Assembly (NCBI GenBank): GCA_963833985.1
Contig: CAWIAD010000002.1
Span: forward strand, 2,624,001 to 2,688,000
Length of the DNA: 64,000 nt
Reading direction: 5' to 3'
DNA from: an uncultured Planctomycetaceae bacterium
GTDB lineage: Bacteria > Planctomycetota > Planctomycetia > Isosphaerales > Isosphaeraceae
Shown here: positions 1-10,057 of the stretch, in pieces
How positions within the stretch are numbered: position 1 is the first letter of the stretch
Layout of the letters: the number at the start of each line of letters is the position of its first letter
Program-made: the position numbers and the translations under genes
The notes under the pieces: model-generated
The model's input: the letters and a program-made list of their open reading frames with translations, nothing else
Told to the model about the DNA's origin: nothing
Databases searched by the model: none

Positions 1-386
1 TCGCTGGCCCGCCAGTCCCGGCGCTGGCGCGCATGGCACATGGCCACGTGCGTGAGCACGTTGTTTCCACGGGCGGAGCCTCCAACCTCGGGCGTGAGCC
101 CGACCCGTCGAGCACCCGGCATGCAATAGCACGCCTTGCAGTCCGTCCGAGGCGTTCACGGCATCACGACCGGCCGCATTCACGCACTTCCCTTTCCTTC
201 AATCCATGGCCTGCCCGCGGTATGGGATATCGGCCGTCAGGCCGTCAGGCCAGGCCCGCTCACCTGAAAAACCTTGGCGAGCGAGCGTCGGTCGGTGGTA
301 GGATGCTCCTTATCTCAACATCCCGAGCGGCCGGTCGATCGACCGGAAAGCCAGCCCGTTTCTCCTGCGGGAACGGATACTTTTTT

Positions 387-3170
387 ATGCGACACCTGTG
401 GCTTGCGGACTGGCGTGGCGCGTTTCATCAGTGGCTGCTCGGAGGCGCGGTGTTGGGCCTGCTTGCGGTCCGGCCAGCCAGCGCGGGCGAGGCAGCCGCG
501 CCGGACGATGCGTTTGTCAGCGACTACTGCGCGCGCTGCCACGATGATGTGAACCGGAAGGGCCGGCTCGACCTGACGAGCCTGGAGTTTAACCCGAGTG
601 ATGCGGCCAACCTGTCCGTCTGGATCAAGGTGCATGATCGAGTGAAGGCCGGCGAGATGCCGCCCAGGAGCCGCGCCCGGCCGGACGAGACACGGCGGAA
701 AGCCTTTGTCGCCGGCCTCGCACAGTCGATCATCGCCGCGGAGCGGATGGCCCTGGCCGGCGAGGGCCGGGCAATTCAGCGCCGGCTCAATCGCAATGAG
801 TATGAGAACGCCTTGCGCGACCTGCTCGGCATCCCGTGGGCGCAGATCGCCAGCCGGCTGCCGGAAGACGGCGAGGCCTATCACTTCAACAAGAGCGGAG
901 AGGCGCTCGACGTGTCTTACCTCCAGATCGCGCGGTTCATGGAGTCGGCCGATCACGCCATGCGGCTGGCGATGGGGATGCACATCGAGCGGCCGGCGAA
1001 ATCGACCCGCAAGCTGTACGCCCGCGACGAGCGGAGCTTGCGCAACTGGTGGCCGCGCGAGAACGGCACTCTGCCGGATCGGCTGTCTTTCCCCGTGCTC
1101 GATGCGCACGCCCAGCCGGACGTGCGGGCCGGCCGTGCGCCGGCGACCAGCGCGGCAACGCGTGAGCGGGAGGCGGTCGGCAGGGTGTCGAGCATCTTCA
1201 GCGACGCGGGTGGCTATAGCTGGAGCGGCTGGCGGGCGCCGGTGGCGGCGCGCTACAGGCTGCGCATCGCCGGCTACACGATCTGGGTCGCCGGCGGCGG
1301 AGTGGCGCGATGGTTCTTTGAAGGCCAGGGGGCCGAGAAGGCGCCGGTGTATCACACGCTCCTGTGGCACCGCCCGAACCTGGACGAGGTCTATCCCGGC
1401 CGGCGCAACGAACCGATCGGCGTGTACGCACAGGGTGGCAGCCAGACCCGCCCGATCGGGGCGGTCGATTTCACCCCGCAGCCGACGGTGAGCGAGCTGG
1501 AAGTCTTCCTGCTGGCGAACGAGGTTGTGCGGACCGACGGCTCCCGGCTCTTCCGGACGCGGGTCAACGGCACGGACGAGCAATATGTCAATCCCCTGGC
1601 GACCGAGGACGGCATGCCGGGCTACGCCATCCAGTGGATCGAGGTGGAAGGCCCGTTCGGCGACGACCCGGCCGGCGGGGCGGGCACAGGCTATGAACGG
1701 TTGTTTGACAAGTTACGGCTGGTGCCGTCCGAGCGGCGCGCGGGGGAGTCGCGCTGGAGATCGTTCCGAGCACGTCGGCAAGTCCGGGCCCAGCCACAGG
1801 AAGAGGCACTGGCGGAGGGCGGCGCGGGCCGCCGTCAGCCCGGCCCGGCGGCGTGCGCGAAGCGTTTTTTGAAGTCGAATCCGCGGCGCCGCGGCAAGAT
1901 GCGGAGCGGCTCTTGCGGTCGTTCCTGAAGCAGGCGTATCGCCGGCCGGTCGCCGAGGCCGACGTGCAGCGGTTCCTGCGGCTGTTCGATGACCAGTTCC
2001 AGCACGGCTCCGGCTTCACCCGGTCGCTGCTCTCAACCTACATGGCCGTGCTGTCGTCGCCGGGCTTCGTGTTCGTCGAAGCCAATCCGGGCAGGCTCGA
2101 CGGATACGCGCTGGCCACCCGGCTGGCCCTCTTCCTGTGGAACTCGACTCCCGACGACTCACTGCGGGCACTGGCCAGGTGCGGCGACCTGAGCAAGCCG
2201 GACGTGCTGCGCGCCGAGACGAAGCGCATGCTCGAGGATGACAAGGCGCGCCGCTTCGTCGAGGCGTTCACCGATTACTGGCTTGACCTGCGGAAGATCG
2301 ACGACACCTCGCCGTCGACCACGCTCTACAACGATTACGAGCTCGACGACACGCTGAAGCTGGCTGCGCTGGAGGAGACGCGGCTTTTCTTCGCCGAGCT
2401 GCTGCGAGCCGACTTACCGGCGCGGAACATCGTCGCCTCGGACTTCACGTTCCTGAACGAACGGCTGGCCGAACACTATGGCATCGGCGGGGTCTCCGGC
2501 GCCAGGTTCCGCAAGGTGAAGCTGCCGGCCGATAGTCTTCGTGGCGGAGTGATGACGCAGGCCAGCGTGCTGAAGGTGACTGCCAACGGGACAACGACCT
2601 CGCCGGTGCTGCGCGGCCACTGGATCACCGAGCGAATCCTGGGACTGGAGACGCCGCCCCCACCGCCGACGGTCAAGGCGGTCGAGCCGGATATCCGTGG
2701 CGCGGTGACGATCCGCCAGCAACTGGAGAAGCACCGGGCCGACCAGAGCTGTGCCTCGTGCCATAGCAAGATGGACCCGCCAGGCTTCGCGCTCGAAAGC
2801 TTTGACGTGATGGGCGGCTACCGCGAGCGCTACCGGGCTGTGTCCGAGCAGGTACCTCCGGTCCGGGGTTTCGGCATCAACGGGCAGGCCTTCGCATTCC
2901 ATTATGCCCTACCAGTTGATTCGGCCGGTGCGTTGCCCGACGGTCGGCCGTTCCAGGACGTGCGCGAGCTCAGGAGAATCCTGGTTCAAGATGAACGGCA
3001 GATCGCCAGGAACCTGGCACATCAATTGACGATTTTCGCGACCGGCGCCGGTGCGGTTCTCCGATCGCGAGCAGATCGACAGGATCCTCGACGCGGCGCA
3101 GGCCAGCCAGTACGGCGTGCGCAGCATCGTCCACGCGATCGTCCAGAGCGACCTGTTCCGGAACAAATAG
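387..3170 (+). CDS. Planctomycete DUF1592/DUF1588-type protein with N-terminal cytochrome c-like motif (frameshifted near 1750-1850 and near 3050)
   Basis: Signal peptide, CARCH heme motif, 'GEMPP', '[17 protein letters not shown]', '[15 protein letters not shown]', '[10 protein letters not shown]', '[16 protein letters not shown]'. The C-terminus '[14 protein letters not shown]' lies in a third frame. Confidence 0.85.
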
Positions 3171-3182
3171 GAAACTCCAGAG

Positions 3183-4503
3183 ATGCACGCGCAAACCGTG
3201 TCAAGATTCGCGGCTGCATTCGCGTCCAGGCGCCGGCCGATCTCACGGCGGCGCTTCCTGCGGGGCTCGGCCGTGGCGCTGGCACTGCCGTTCCTGGAAT
3301 CGATGAATACCCCATTCGCGCGCAGCCGCCGTCCCGGAGCCGCGCCGGATGTTCTGCATTTGCAACAACCTGGGCGTGCTGCCCCAGCCCTTCTTCCCCA
3401 GCGATGCAGGCCGCGAGTACACCTCCTCACCGTACCTGAAGTTTCTCGAAGAGCACCGCGCGGACTTCACCGTGCTGAGCGGCGTCTCGCACCCGTTCGT
3501 GGATGGCGGCCACCCATCGGACATCAGCTTCCTGACCGCTGCCCCGCACCCGGCCAGCAGCTCGTTCCGGAACTCGATCTCGCTGGACCAGCTCGTGGCC
3601 GAACGGATCGGAATGTTCACGCGGTTCCCATCACTGACTCTGGCAGTCAACGGCGGCCGGAGCCTGTCGTGGACGCGCACGGGCGTGGCGATCCCGCCGG
3701 AGGGCCAGGCGTCCGGGGTCTTCAAGCAGCTCTTCCTGCAAGGTACGCGCGCGGAGATCGAGCAGCAGATTCATGAAATCGACACGGGGCGGAGCATTCT
3801 CGACGTGGTTTCCGAACAGGCCAGGGAACTTCAGCAAAAAGTCGGCGTCCGCGACTGGACACGGCTTGACCAGTATTATTCCAGCGTGCGCGATCTGGAA
3901 CACCGGCTCCAGGAGTCGCGCGGTTGGGCCAACAGGCCGAAGCCGGCCGTCAAGGCCAGTCCGCCGACCGACCCGGCCAGCCCTGCGCAGTACATGGCCA
4001 AGGTGCAGATCATGTATGACCTGGCGCGCCTGGCGTTCGAGACCGATTCGACCCGCGCGATCACGCTCATGCTCAACAGCGTCGGTACGCCTGTCGTGCA
4101 GATCGCCGGGGCGACGATCACCGACAGCTATCACAACCTGTCGCACCACGGCATGTCGGAGGAGAAGCTGACGCAGCTCAAGGTGATCGACGAATGGCAC
4201 ATGAAGCTGCTGGCCCACCTGTTCCAGGGCTTGAAGTCCTCCAGGGAAGGAGGCGCAACACTGCTGGACCGGACGATGGTCCTGTACGGCTCAAACCTCG
4301 GCGACGCGAATGCGCACTCGACGACGAACCTGCCGACCCTGCTAGCGGGCGGCGGCTTCCGGCATGGCCAGCACCTGGCCTTCGACCGCAGCCGCAACTA
4401 CCCGCTGCCGAACCTGTTCGTGTCGATGCTCCAGCGGATGGGGATCGAGGAGTCGCGGTTCGGCCCCTCGATGGGAACGGTGCGCGGGCTGGAAATGACC
4501 TGA
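3183..4503 (+). CDS. DUF1552 family protein, usual partner of DUF1592 (frameshift near 3320-3349)
   Basis: Tat-like 'SRRRFLRG...LALPFLESM' in ORF 3183. 'SISLDQLVA', 'YHNLSHHG', '[19 protein letters not shown]' and '[14 protein letters not shown]' in ORF 3349. Confidence 0.88.
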
Positions 4504-4506
4504 GCC

Positions 4507-5054
4507 ATGACGCACGCCCGCACAATGGTCCTGGCGGTTGTCATCGTCCTTGGCGCGCTCGCCGGCGCCGCACCCGCCGATGGCCCGGTCAGAATCACCT
4601 TCGACAAGGTGGAAACCGGCAAGACGATGCCGAGCTACACCGACCAGGGCGTCGTCTTCGCCCTGTCGCGTCCGCCGAGTCGGAGTCGTGCCGCCGGTCG
4701 GGTGATGTTCTTCCCGCACCTGAAGACACCGCGGAAGGGCATCCTGAACGCGATGGCGAACGAGTCGATCCCGGTCGAAATCCGCTTTCCGAAGCCGGTG
4801 GCAGCCGTCACTCTCGTGCTCTGGGGTTCGATCGGCAGCGCCGCGGTCGTCGAGGCCTACGATGCGGACGGAAAAGTGGCGGACCGGGTGTCCAGAGACA
4901 CGGTCCCGGCACGGACCGGGCCAGAGCAGCCGATTCCCAGCGTCGAGCTGACGGTGAAAGCATCGGCCATTGTGTCCGTTCGCTTTTCGGCGCGCCCCCC
5001 GGCGGCTACCTGGTCTGCGACGAGCTGCGCTTCACCCTCTGCCCGACGCAGTGA
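4507..5054 (+). CDS. Secreted hypothetical protein (probable frameshift near 4990)
   Basis: Signal peptide and beta-rich sequence, 3 nt after the DUF1552 stop. A plausible C-terminus 'GGYLVCDELRF' lies in another frame ending at 5054. Confidence 0.6.
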
Positions 5055-5332
5055 AATGAGCGTGCCGGATGACCGCACAATGAGTCCGCTTACCGTTTTG
5101 GTTAGTTGGCATTCTCTACAGATCTTTGAACAATCTCTATCCTTATGAACCCGACGCGAGTCGTGTGCGCCCGTACAATACTTGGCCACGGCCTAGCGAT
5201 CCCCGAGCAGCCTGGACCGCGAGCAGCGCTCAGAACCTTTCATGCAACTCCGCGTTCCGTCTGTTCCGGACTGGATCGCTTGCATAGAATAAAACTTTGG
5301 TACCAAATGTCCTGAACGGGAGTCGCGCATGG

Positions 5333-5752
5333 ATGTCTGTTCACCTAGAGTTTGTGGTTCTGGGGCCCCCGATTTCCAACCAACAAAGCACCCCGCAAGG
5401 AAGGGCGAACCTGACCACATGGCGGGCTACCGTCGCAGGAGCAGCGCAGAATCTATGGGCCTCTCCCATACTCACAGGGATACTTAAGGCGATCATCATT
5501 AACTTTCACACTGGGAACAGACCATCAGTTGATGTTGATAATATGTCAAAACCGATTCTGGATGTGCTGGAGAACATCGTCTATGGCGATGACCGTCAAA
5601 TCCGGCAGGCCCAGATCACACATCTCAAAATAGGTGCACCTTTCTCGATTGTCGGCGTTTCCAAGATCATCGTCGATGCCATCCAGACGGGGCAACAATT
5701 TGTTTACGTCCGCATTGAAGACCCGGTTGATCCTTACCCGCTCCCGAGGTGA
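5333..5752 (+). CDS. RusA-family endodeoxyribonuclease-like protein
   Basis: 'DVDNMSKPILDVLENIVYGDDRQI' matches the RusA catalytic pattern D-x-D-N-x2-K-x3-D...DD-x-Q. Confidence 0.8.
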   Translation: MSVHLEFVVLGPPISNQQSTPQGRANLTTWRATVAGAAQNLWASPILTGILKAIIINFHTGNRPSVDVDNMSKPILDVLENIVYGDDRQIRQAQITHLKIGAPFSIVGVSKIIVDAIQTGQQFVYVRIEDPVDPYPLPR

Positions 5753-5755
5753 TTC

Positions 5756-6421
5756 ATGAATACCCAGGAACGATTGGAGCAAGTGGCGGAACGATACCGG
5801 GATCAGGGATACAGGGTTATTCTTAACCCAACTCCGAAGGACCTGCCGTCGTTCGCGAAGGATTTCAAGGTGGAAATCCTCGCCAGCCGCCCGGACGGAA
5901 ATGTGTTGGCATCCGCCAAAGCCAGCTCCTTGGAATTCGAGAGAGATAAGAATCTCTCGGTCTATGCGGAGATTATCGCGGGTCAGCCAGGATGGAGGTA
6001 CGATGTGTTCGTTCTCGGGCCACAGCCGCCCATGCCAGCCTCCGGCGACATTACCGACGCCTCGGATGATGAGATCGAGCGAACTTTAGCCTCTGCGGAT
6101 CATCTCCTCCAGGCCGGGTTCCAACCTCAAGCGGTTCTTGTGTCGTGGGCGGCATTGGAGTCAGCAATGCGCCATAGACTTCGGTCTCTCGGCGAAAAGG
6201 CGGAATGGGGAGCGTCGCCACGATCCATGATCAACGAATTGGTCTCGTCCGGGGTTCTGACGCATAGCGATTTCCGCGACATCGAAGAACTTTCCCGCTT
6301 GAGAAACATCATCGCTCATGGATTCTCGGTGCCGGAGATAAGGCCAGACACCGTTTCATTTCTTGCCCGCACTGCTCGAAGGTTGCTCGAGGAATCCAAG
6401 GAGCATGAGCCGGCCGCTTAG
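5756..6421 (+). CDS. REase(AHJR-like)-HEPN fusion protein
   Basis: N-terminus 'AERYRDQGYRVILNP..DLPSF' resembles REase_AHJR-like domains. C-terminus has the HEPN helix 'WAALESAMR' and the R-x4-H motif 'RNIIAH'. Starts 3 nt after the RusA-like stop. Confidence 0.7.
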   Translation: MNTQERLEQVAERYRDQGYRVILNPTPKDLPSFAKDFKVEILASRPDGNVLASAKASSLEFERDKNLSVYAEIIAGQPGWRYDVFVLGPQPPMPASGDITDASDDEIERTLASADHLLQAGFQPQAVLVSWAALESAMRHRLRSLGEKAEWGASPRSMINELVSSGVLTHSDFRDIEELSRLRNIIAHGFSVPEIRPDTVSFLARTARRLLEESKEHEPAA

Positions 6422-6522
6422 TAGCTGGGTAAAGCATTGCCTACGACGGAACCCATGGAAGTGGCGACGGTGCCAGCCATGACGCCCTACCCGATCCAAT
6501 TACGCCCCTTGACCGAAACAGG

Positions 6523-6672
6523 AAGGGGCCACCCACAGTTTGGCGCTGTGTCCACTGCGGAGGTGAATGTGGATTGCCACCACGGCGCCAACGAGGGAGG
6601 GAAACCTGGATGGCTCCATGATGTTCCTGAATGGGAATGTGGATGGTCCCATGGTCCCACCATGGTCCCACC
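6523..6672. repeat. Degenerate copy of the AAGGGGCCATCCACATT...GGGAATGTGGATG inverted-repeat element
   Basis: Left end AAGGGGCCACCCACAGTTT (6523-6541). Right ends GAATGTGGATTGCC (6565-6578) and GGGAATGTGGATGGTCCC (6633-6650). Followed by tandem ATGGTCCCACC x2 (6651-6672). Confidence 0.7.
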
Positions 6673-6726
6673 GGAGGAAACAACCTTTCCGTCATGGTCA
6701 TGAAGCGGATGCACTTCAAGTTACAA

Positions 6727-7512
6727 TTATGGTAGATCGCTCAATGTCAGCAGATGGGATCGAGCGACCGACGGGTTAAAGTCGTATTCACCTTTTCGGC
6801 GGATGAGCAGTTTAACGGCTTGCTCAATCCAGTGGGTCTCTTTCGAGTTCAACGGGGTCCTTGTGGCCGCGGTGTTGAACTTTCGAGCTTCCCCTTCACC
6901 ACCTCGCGTAGAAGTTAATTCACCGAGTTCGTCGAGAACCGGTCGGTCAATATTGTATCGACGAGCGGCCTCACCGCGGGCGCCGTAAATCAGTCCGGTG
7001 CTTCCCTCAAGAACTGTTAAACAGAAATACGCCATGGAGAGTAAAGGTTCTCCATGTTTCTTATATAATAGATACATCGACCACATTATATTTACGTCAT
7101 CAGATGCCTTGAAATCTGTTGGAGGTGGCGGGTAATCCCGACGGGTTACCTGAACCACAGCCATATCGAGAAAGCCAATCGAATCGAGTGCAGTTACCTG
7201 TATCGTTTGGTCTTCACCAGGGCCTGGCGGATCACGGTCAATAATCTCTGATCGCTCGAACTCAAAGCGGAACGACTGCTGGTCATCTGCTAGACCAGCG
7301 GCAATTTCCCAAGCCCGAAGCCATGCCTCAATTCGCACTTTTGCGCTTTCTTCAGTTGGGTGGTGCTCCTTCATTTCGACCGTTAGCTGACCTTGGTTCA
7401 GTTTGGCCTCGAACGGGATGGTCTCATAAGCCACAGGAGACGGGTTGTCATAGTCGACCCTGTCTCCCGGGTGCAGGAGGTAGAAGAGCCTTTCAACATG
7501 CGGGTCCCTCAT
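6727..7512 (-). CDS. Hypothetical 261-aa protein, possibly a divergent HEPN-like effector
   Basis: Intact lower-GC ORF with a GGAGGTG RBS. The family guess rests only on the helical C-terminal pattern ('AYFCLTVLE', 'GEARK'). Confidence 0.7.
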   Translation of the reverse strand: MRDPHVERLFYLLHPGDRVDYDNPSPVAYETIPFEAKLNQGQLTVEMKEHHPTEESAKVRIEAWLRAWEIAAGLADDQQSFRFEFERSEIIDRDPPGPGEDQTIQVTALDSIGFLDMAVVQVTRRDYPPPPTDFKASDDVNIMWSMYLLYKKHGEPLLSMAYFCLTVLEGSTGLIYGARGEAARRYNIDRPVLDELGELTSTRGGEGEARKFNTAATRTPLNSKETHWIEQAVKLLIRRKGEYDFNPSVARSHLLTLSDLP

Positions 7513-7570
7513 TTATCACCACCTCCAGGTTGCTTGTCCGGTCATGTCCTGAAGTGAAGGGAGGCAGCAT

Positions 7571-7716
7571 AAGGGGCCATCCACATTTCAGGGCGGCATC
7601 ATTTCTGCCCGCACAGGATTCAAGGTCGGAAGGTGGTCTGACGGTTCGGCTTGCTGTGCCGGGCCGGTTGATGCGGTGCGCGGGTCGGAGGGGAATGTGG
7701 ATGACCTCGGGATTCC
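7571..7716. repeat. MITE/REPIN-like inverted-repeat element, copy A
   Basis: Near-identical to 10058-10203. Terminal inverted repeats GGGCCATCCACATT / AATGTGGATGACCT. Confidence 0.92.
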
Positions 7717-7731
7717 TCCAGGCGGCGCCGA

Positions 7732-8259
7732 TTACGATCTGGCACCTCTTTCCAGGACCAGCAGGCGACGACGAGCTTCTTCAGGGCCGAGCATTGACGC
7801 GAGCATGAGGATGTCCCTCTGTTCCGGTGGGGGTAGAGCGTTTTTCTCCAGTTCATGCTCCTGGATGGTCAGTGACAGCCGGGCACCGACCGCAGCAGCG
7901 TATCGATACAGTGTGTCCAGAGTCGGGTTCGGGTTCTTACCATTTTCAAGTCGGCTCAGAGCCTCCGAGTTGAGGCCAGCGCGCCCGGCGGCCTGCCGAA
8001 GACTCAGACCCCTCTCTTCGCGGATCCGCTTCAACCGGCACACCAGTTCGGTGAGCTGGTCGAGTTGTGCCGGGACGCGGATATCGCCATCCTGAACATC
8101 GCCCCGCTCGATCTGTACGGCGAGCCCCGGATTGTCCCGGAACTCCTCCCGAATGGATTGCTCCTCGGCCTGAGCTTCCGGGGTCCGGCGTTTGGCCCGA
8201 AAATTTGCCAGCCTGGCGGCTTGTTCGGGGGTCATGTCAGACTCATTGATCTTTTTCAT
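7732..8259 (-). CDS. XRE-family HTH protein, putative antitoxin
   Basis: 'LKRIREERGLSLRQAAGRAGLNSEALSRLENGKNPNPTLDTL'. Overlaps the upstream toxin-like gene by 4 nt (ATGA). Confidence 0.85.
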   Translation of the reverse strand: MKKINESDMTPEQAARLANFRAKRRTPEAQAEEQSIREEFRDNPGLAVQIERGDVQDGDIRVPAQLDQLTELVCRLKRIREERGLSLRQAAGRAGLNSEALSRLENGKNPNPTLDTLYRYAAAVGARLSLTIQEHELEKNALPPPEQRDILMLASMLGPEEARRRLLVLERGARS

Positions 8260-8549
8260 GATCCTCGATCCTCGTCCGGGTAACAGGCCGTGACAGGGCG
8301 GATGATGAGGAAATCGCCGTCTTCCTCACGCACGTGAACGGCACCGATATAATGGCCGTCAGCGGTGTAGCCATAGGCAATCCATCGCGTCTCGCCAGAT
8401 GGATTCTTACGGCGGCTGACTTCGAGGCCGAAGCGGTTATGGATAACGTCCTCGAATTCTTCCCTGGTCACCCCAGAATCGAGCACGTGCCGGGTGTTCC
8501 CTCCTGGGTCAGCCTCGTCATCCCAATCAAAGATGATTGAAAAAGGCAA
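8256..8549 (-). CDS. BrnT-like (RelE-fold) toxin
   Basis: 97 aa. 'FDWDDE...NTRH...GVTREEFEDV...RWIAYGYT..G...IRPVTA' follows the BrnT pattern. Toxin-first order with the HTH gene. Confidence 0.7.
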   Translation of the reverse strand: MPFSIIFDWDDEADPGGNTRHVLDSGVTREEFEDVIHNRFGLEVSRRKNPSGETRWIAYGYTADGHYIGAVHVREEDGDFLIIRPVTACYPDEDRGS

Positions 8550-8627
8550 AAGGAAGGCCCACGAGCCACGGCTGAAGCCGAGCCATCCGGCCGTACAGCC
8601 GATTTAAAAGTTATGGAACCCGACTCA

Positions 8628-8655
8628 AATATAGCGGCCCTGGCTAAAAAGTCAA
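8628..8655 (-). promoter_or_regulatory. Sigma70-type promoter of the toxin-antitoxin pair
   Basis: Minus strand reads TTGACT-N16-TATATT, about 80 nt upstream of the toxin start. Confidence 0.6.
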
Positions 8656-8673
8656 ACCACGACGCCACGGCTT

Positions 8674-9937
8674 CAGGGCCAATCATAGTTAGGAGATGCC
8701 CAACTTGGTGAAGAGTTCGCCGACTCGGGCAGCGTTTCTCCTCATGGCCTCCGCGATATTGTTCGCTTGCCACGAGCGCAGCAAACCGATGGCCAGGTTT
8801 CGGAACGCTGCCATGACCTCTGGCCCAGAGTTCTTGCGGATGCGGCTGGCATCCTCTCCCAGGGTCACGTCGCGTACGTAGTGAGACTTGTTTTCGATCG
8901 TCCAATGGCCTCGTGACCATTGAAGAAGCCGCTCAGCGCCGGCGACTGCACGCGGCACGCTCGTGATGAAATAGCGAGTCTCCGTCGTGCACTTGCCGTC
9001 GCGTTTGACAACCGACTCGATCCGACCCACCTGGCTGACACCCGGCCAGTCGAGGTAAGTATTCAGCGCGGTCGTGGCCGTCAGCGTGCGGCGCTCATGG
9101 CGGCCGTGCCCTTTGTCGATCGTCGTCGCCGTGTCCATCGCCTCAAGCCAGAGCCGGCGCTGCCGAGGGGGAAAAAGACCCGTCAGCCTGCGGGGCCATC
9201 GCCGCTTGGATGTCGGCCAGGAGCGTCGGCTGATTGTCTTTGACAACCCAGAGATAATGGCCACCGCTGTCTATGATTTGTCGACTCAGGTCGCGCTGGC
9301 AGAACATGGCATCACCGGTGATCACGCGACCCTCCAGGACCAAGTCCAAGAGCAATTTGAGGGCGGCCTTATGCTCATTGGTCTTATCGACCCCGCCGCG
9401 CGGTACCTCGGCTTGGGCGACCGTCAGCCCTGACTCGTGCGCCACCAGCGAGAGTAGATGGACCGCCTTGCTCAGCCCATCGAAGCTGCCGCGTGCCGAC
9501 TTGCCATCAAGGGCAAAAGCTTCAGGGGAACCCGTCTCGGCCGCCGGTAGTCGGCCCAGCATGGCGTCGGCCCACCGAGTTAAGGCGGCCTCCAGCGCGG
9601 CTGGATCCAAGCTCATGAGCACCTTGCGGATCCCGCCGGACTTGGGAGGGCGCCGCGTGAAGCCAAGCCGGTGCATCAGCGCGATGTCATGGTCCTGGGC
9701 CCATTGGGCGATCGCCGCATAGCTGCGGGCTCCGCACATGATGGCGCAACAGGTCAACGCCAGGATCGCTCTAAGCGGATGCTGGCGGCCATGACGGCTG
9801 CGAGGGTCCGGAATCTCGCCGAGGAAATGAAGCAAGCCTAGGAGTGGGGACGCGTCCATGCCATGGCCCTCGTTGGTGTCATCCTGAGCAACGAAGACTT
9901 AACTATCTACTCCAGGCTAAATCTGTCAATAGCCCTG
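8674..9937 (-). mobile_element. ISAs1-family insertion sequence
   Basis: Ends CAGGGCCAAT.../...AATAGCCCTG. Perfect 10-bp target duplication GCCACGGCTT at 8664-8673 and 9938-9947. Confidence 0.93.
8689..9859 (-). CDS. ISAs1 transposase in two overlapping ORFs (9143-9859, 8689-9264)
   Basis: 'IPDPRSRHGRQHPL', 'ALDGKSARGS', 'ITGDAMFCQR', 'VKDNQPTL', 'GHGRHERR', 'RGHWTIENKSHYVRDVTLGED'. The frames overlap at TTTTTCCCCCT. Confidence 0.92.
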
Positions 9938-10057
9938 GCCACGGCTTCAGTGATGGGTGCGAAAGCAAATTATCCCGCTTGTTTTCAGGACTCCCTCGTC
10001 CGACACAGCAGCGAATTCGGCCATGGCCGGAGGGGGAAGGCGGAGGGGGGAAGGGGG

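Noticed and set aside
5078..5102. AATGAGTCCGCTTACCGTTTTGG as the left boundary element of the islet
   Set aside because: It sits where GC drops but does not match the repeat motif and has no partner in the window.
5333..5752. RusA-like gene as evidence of a prophage
   Set aside because: No integrase, structural or replication genes nearby.
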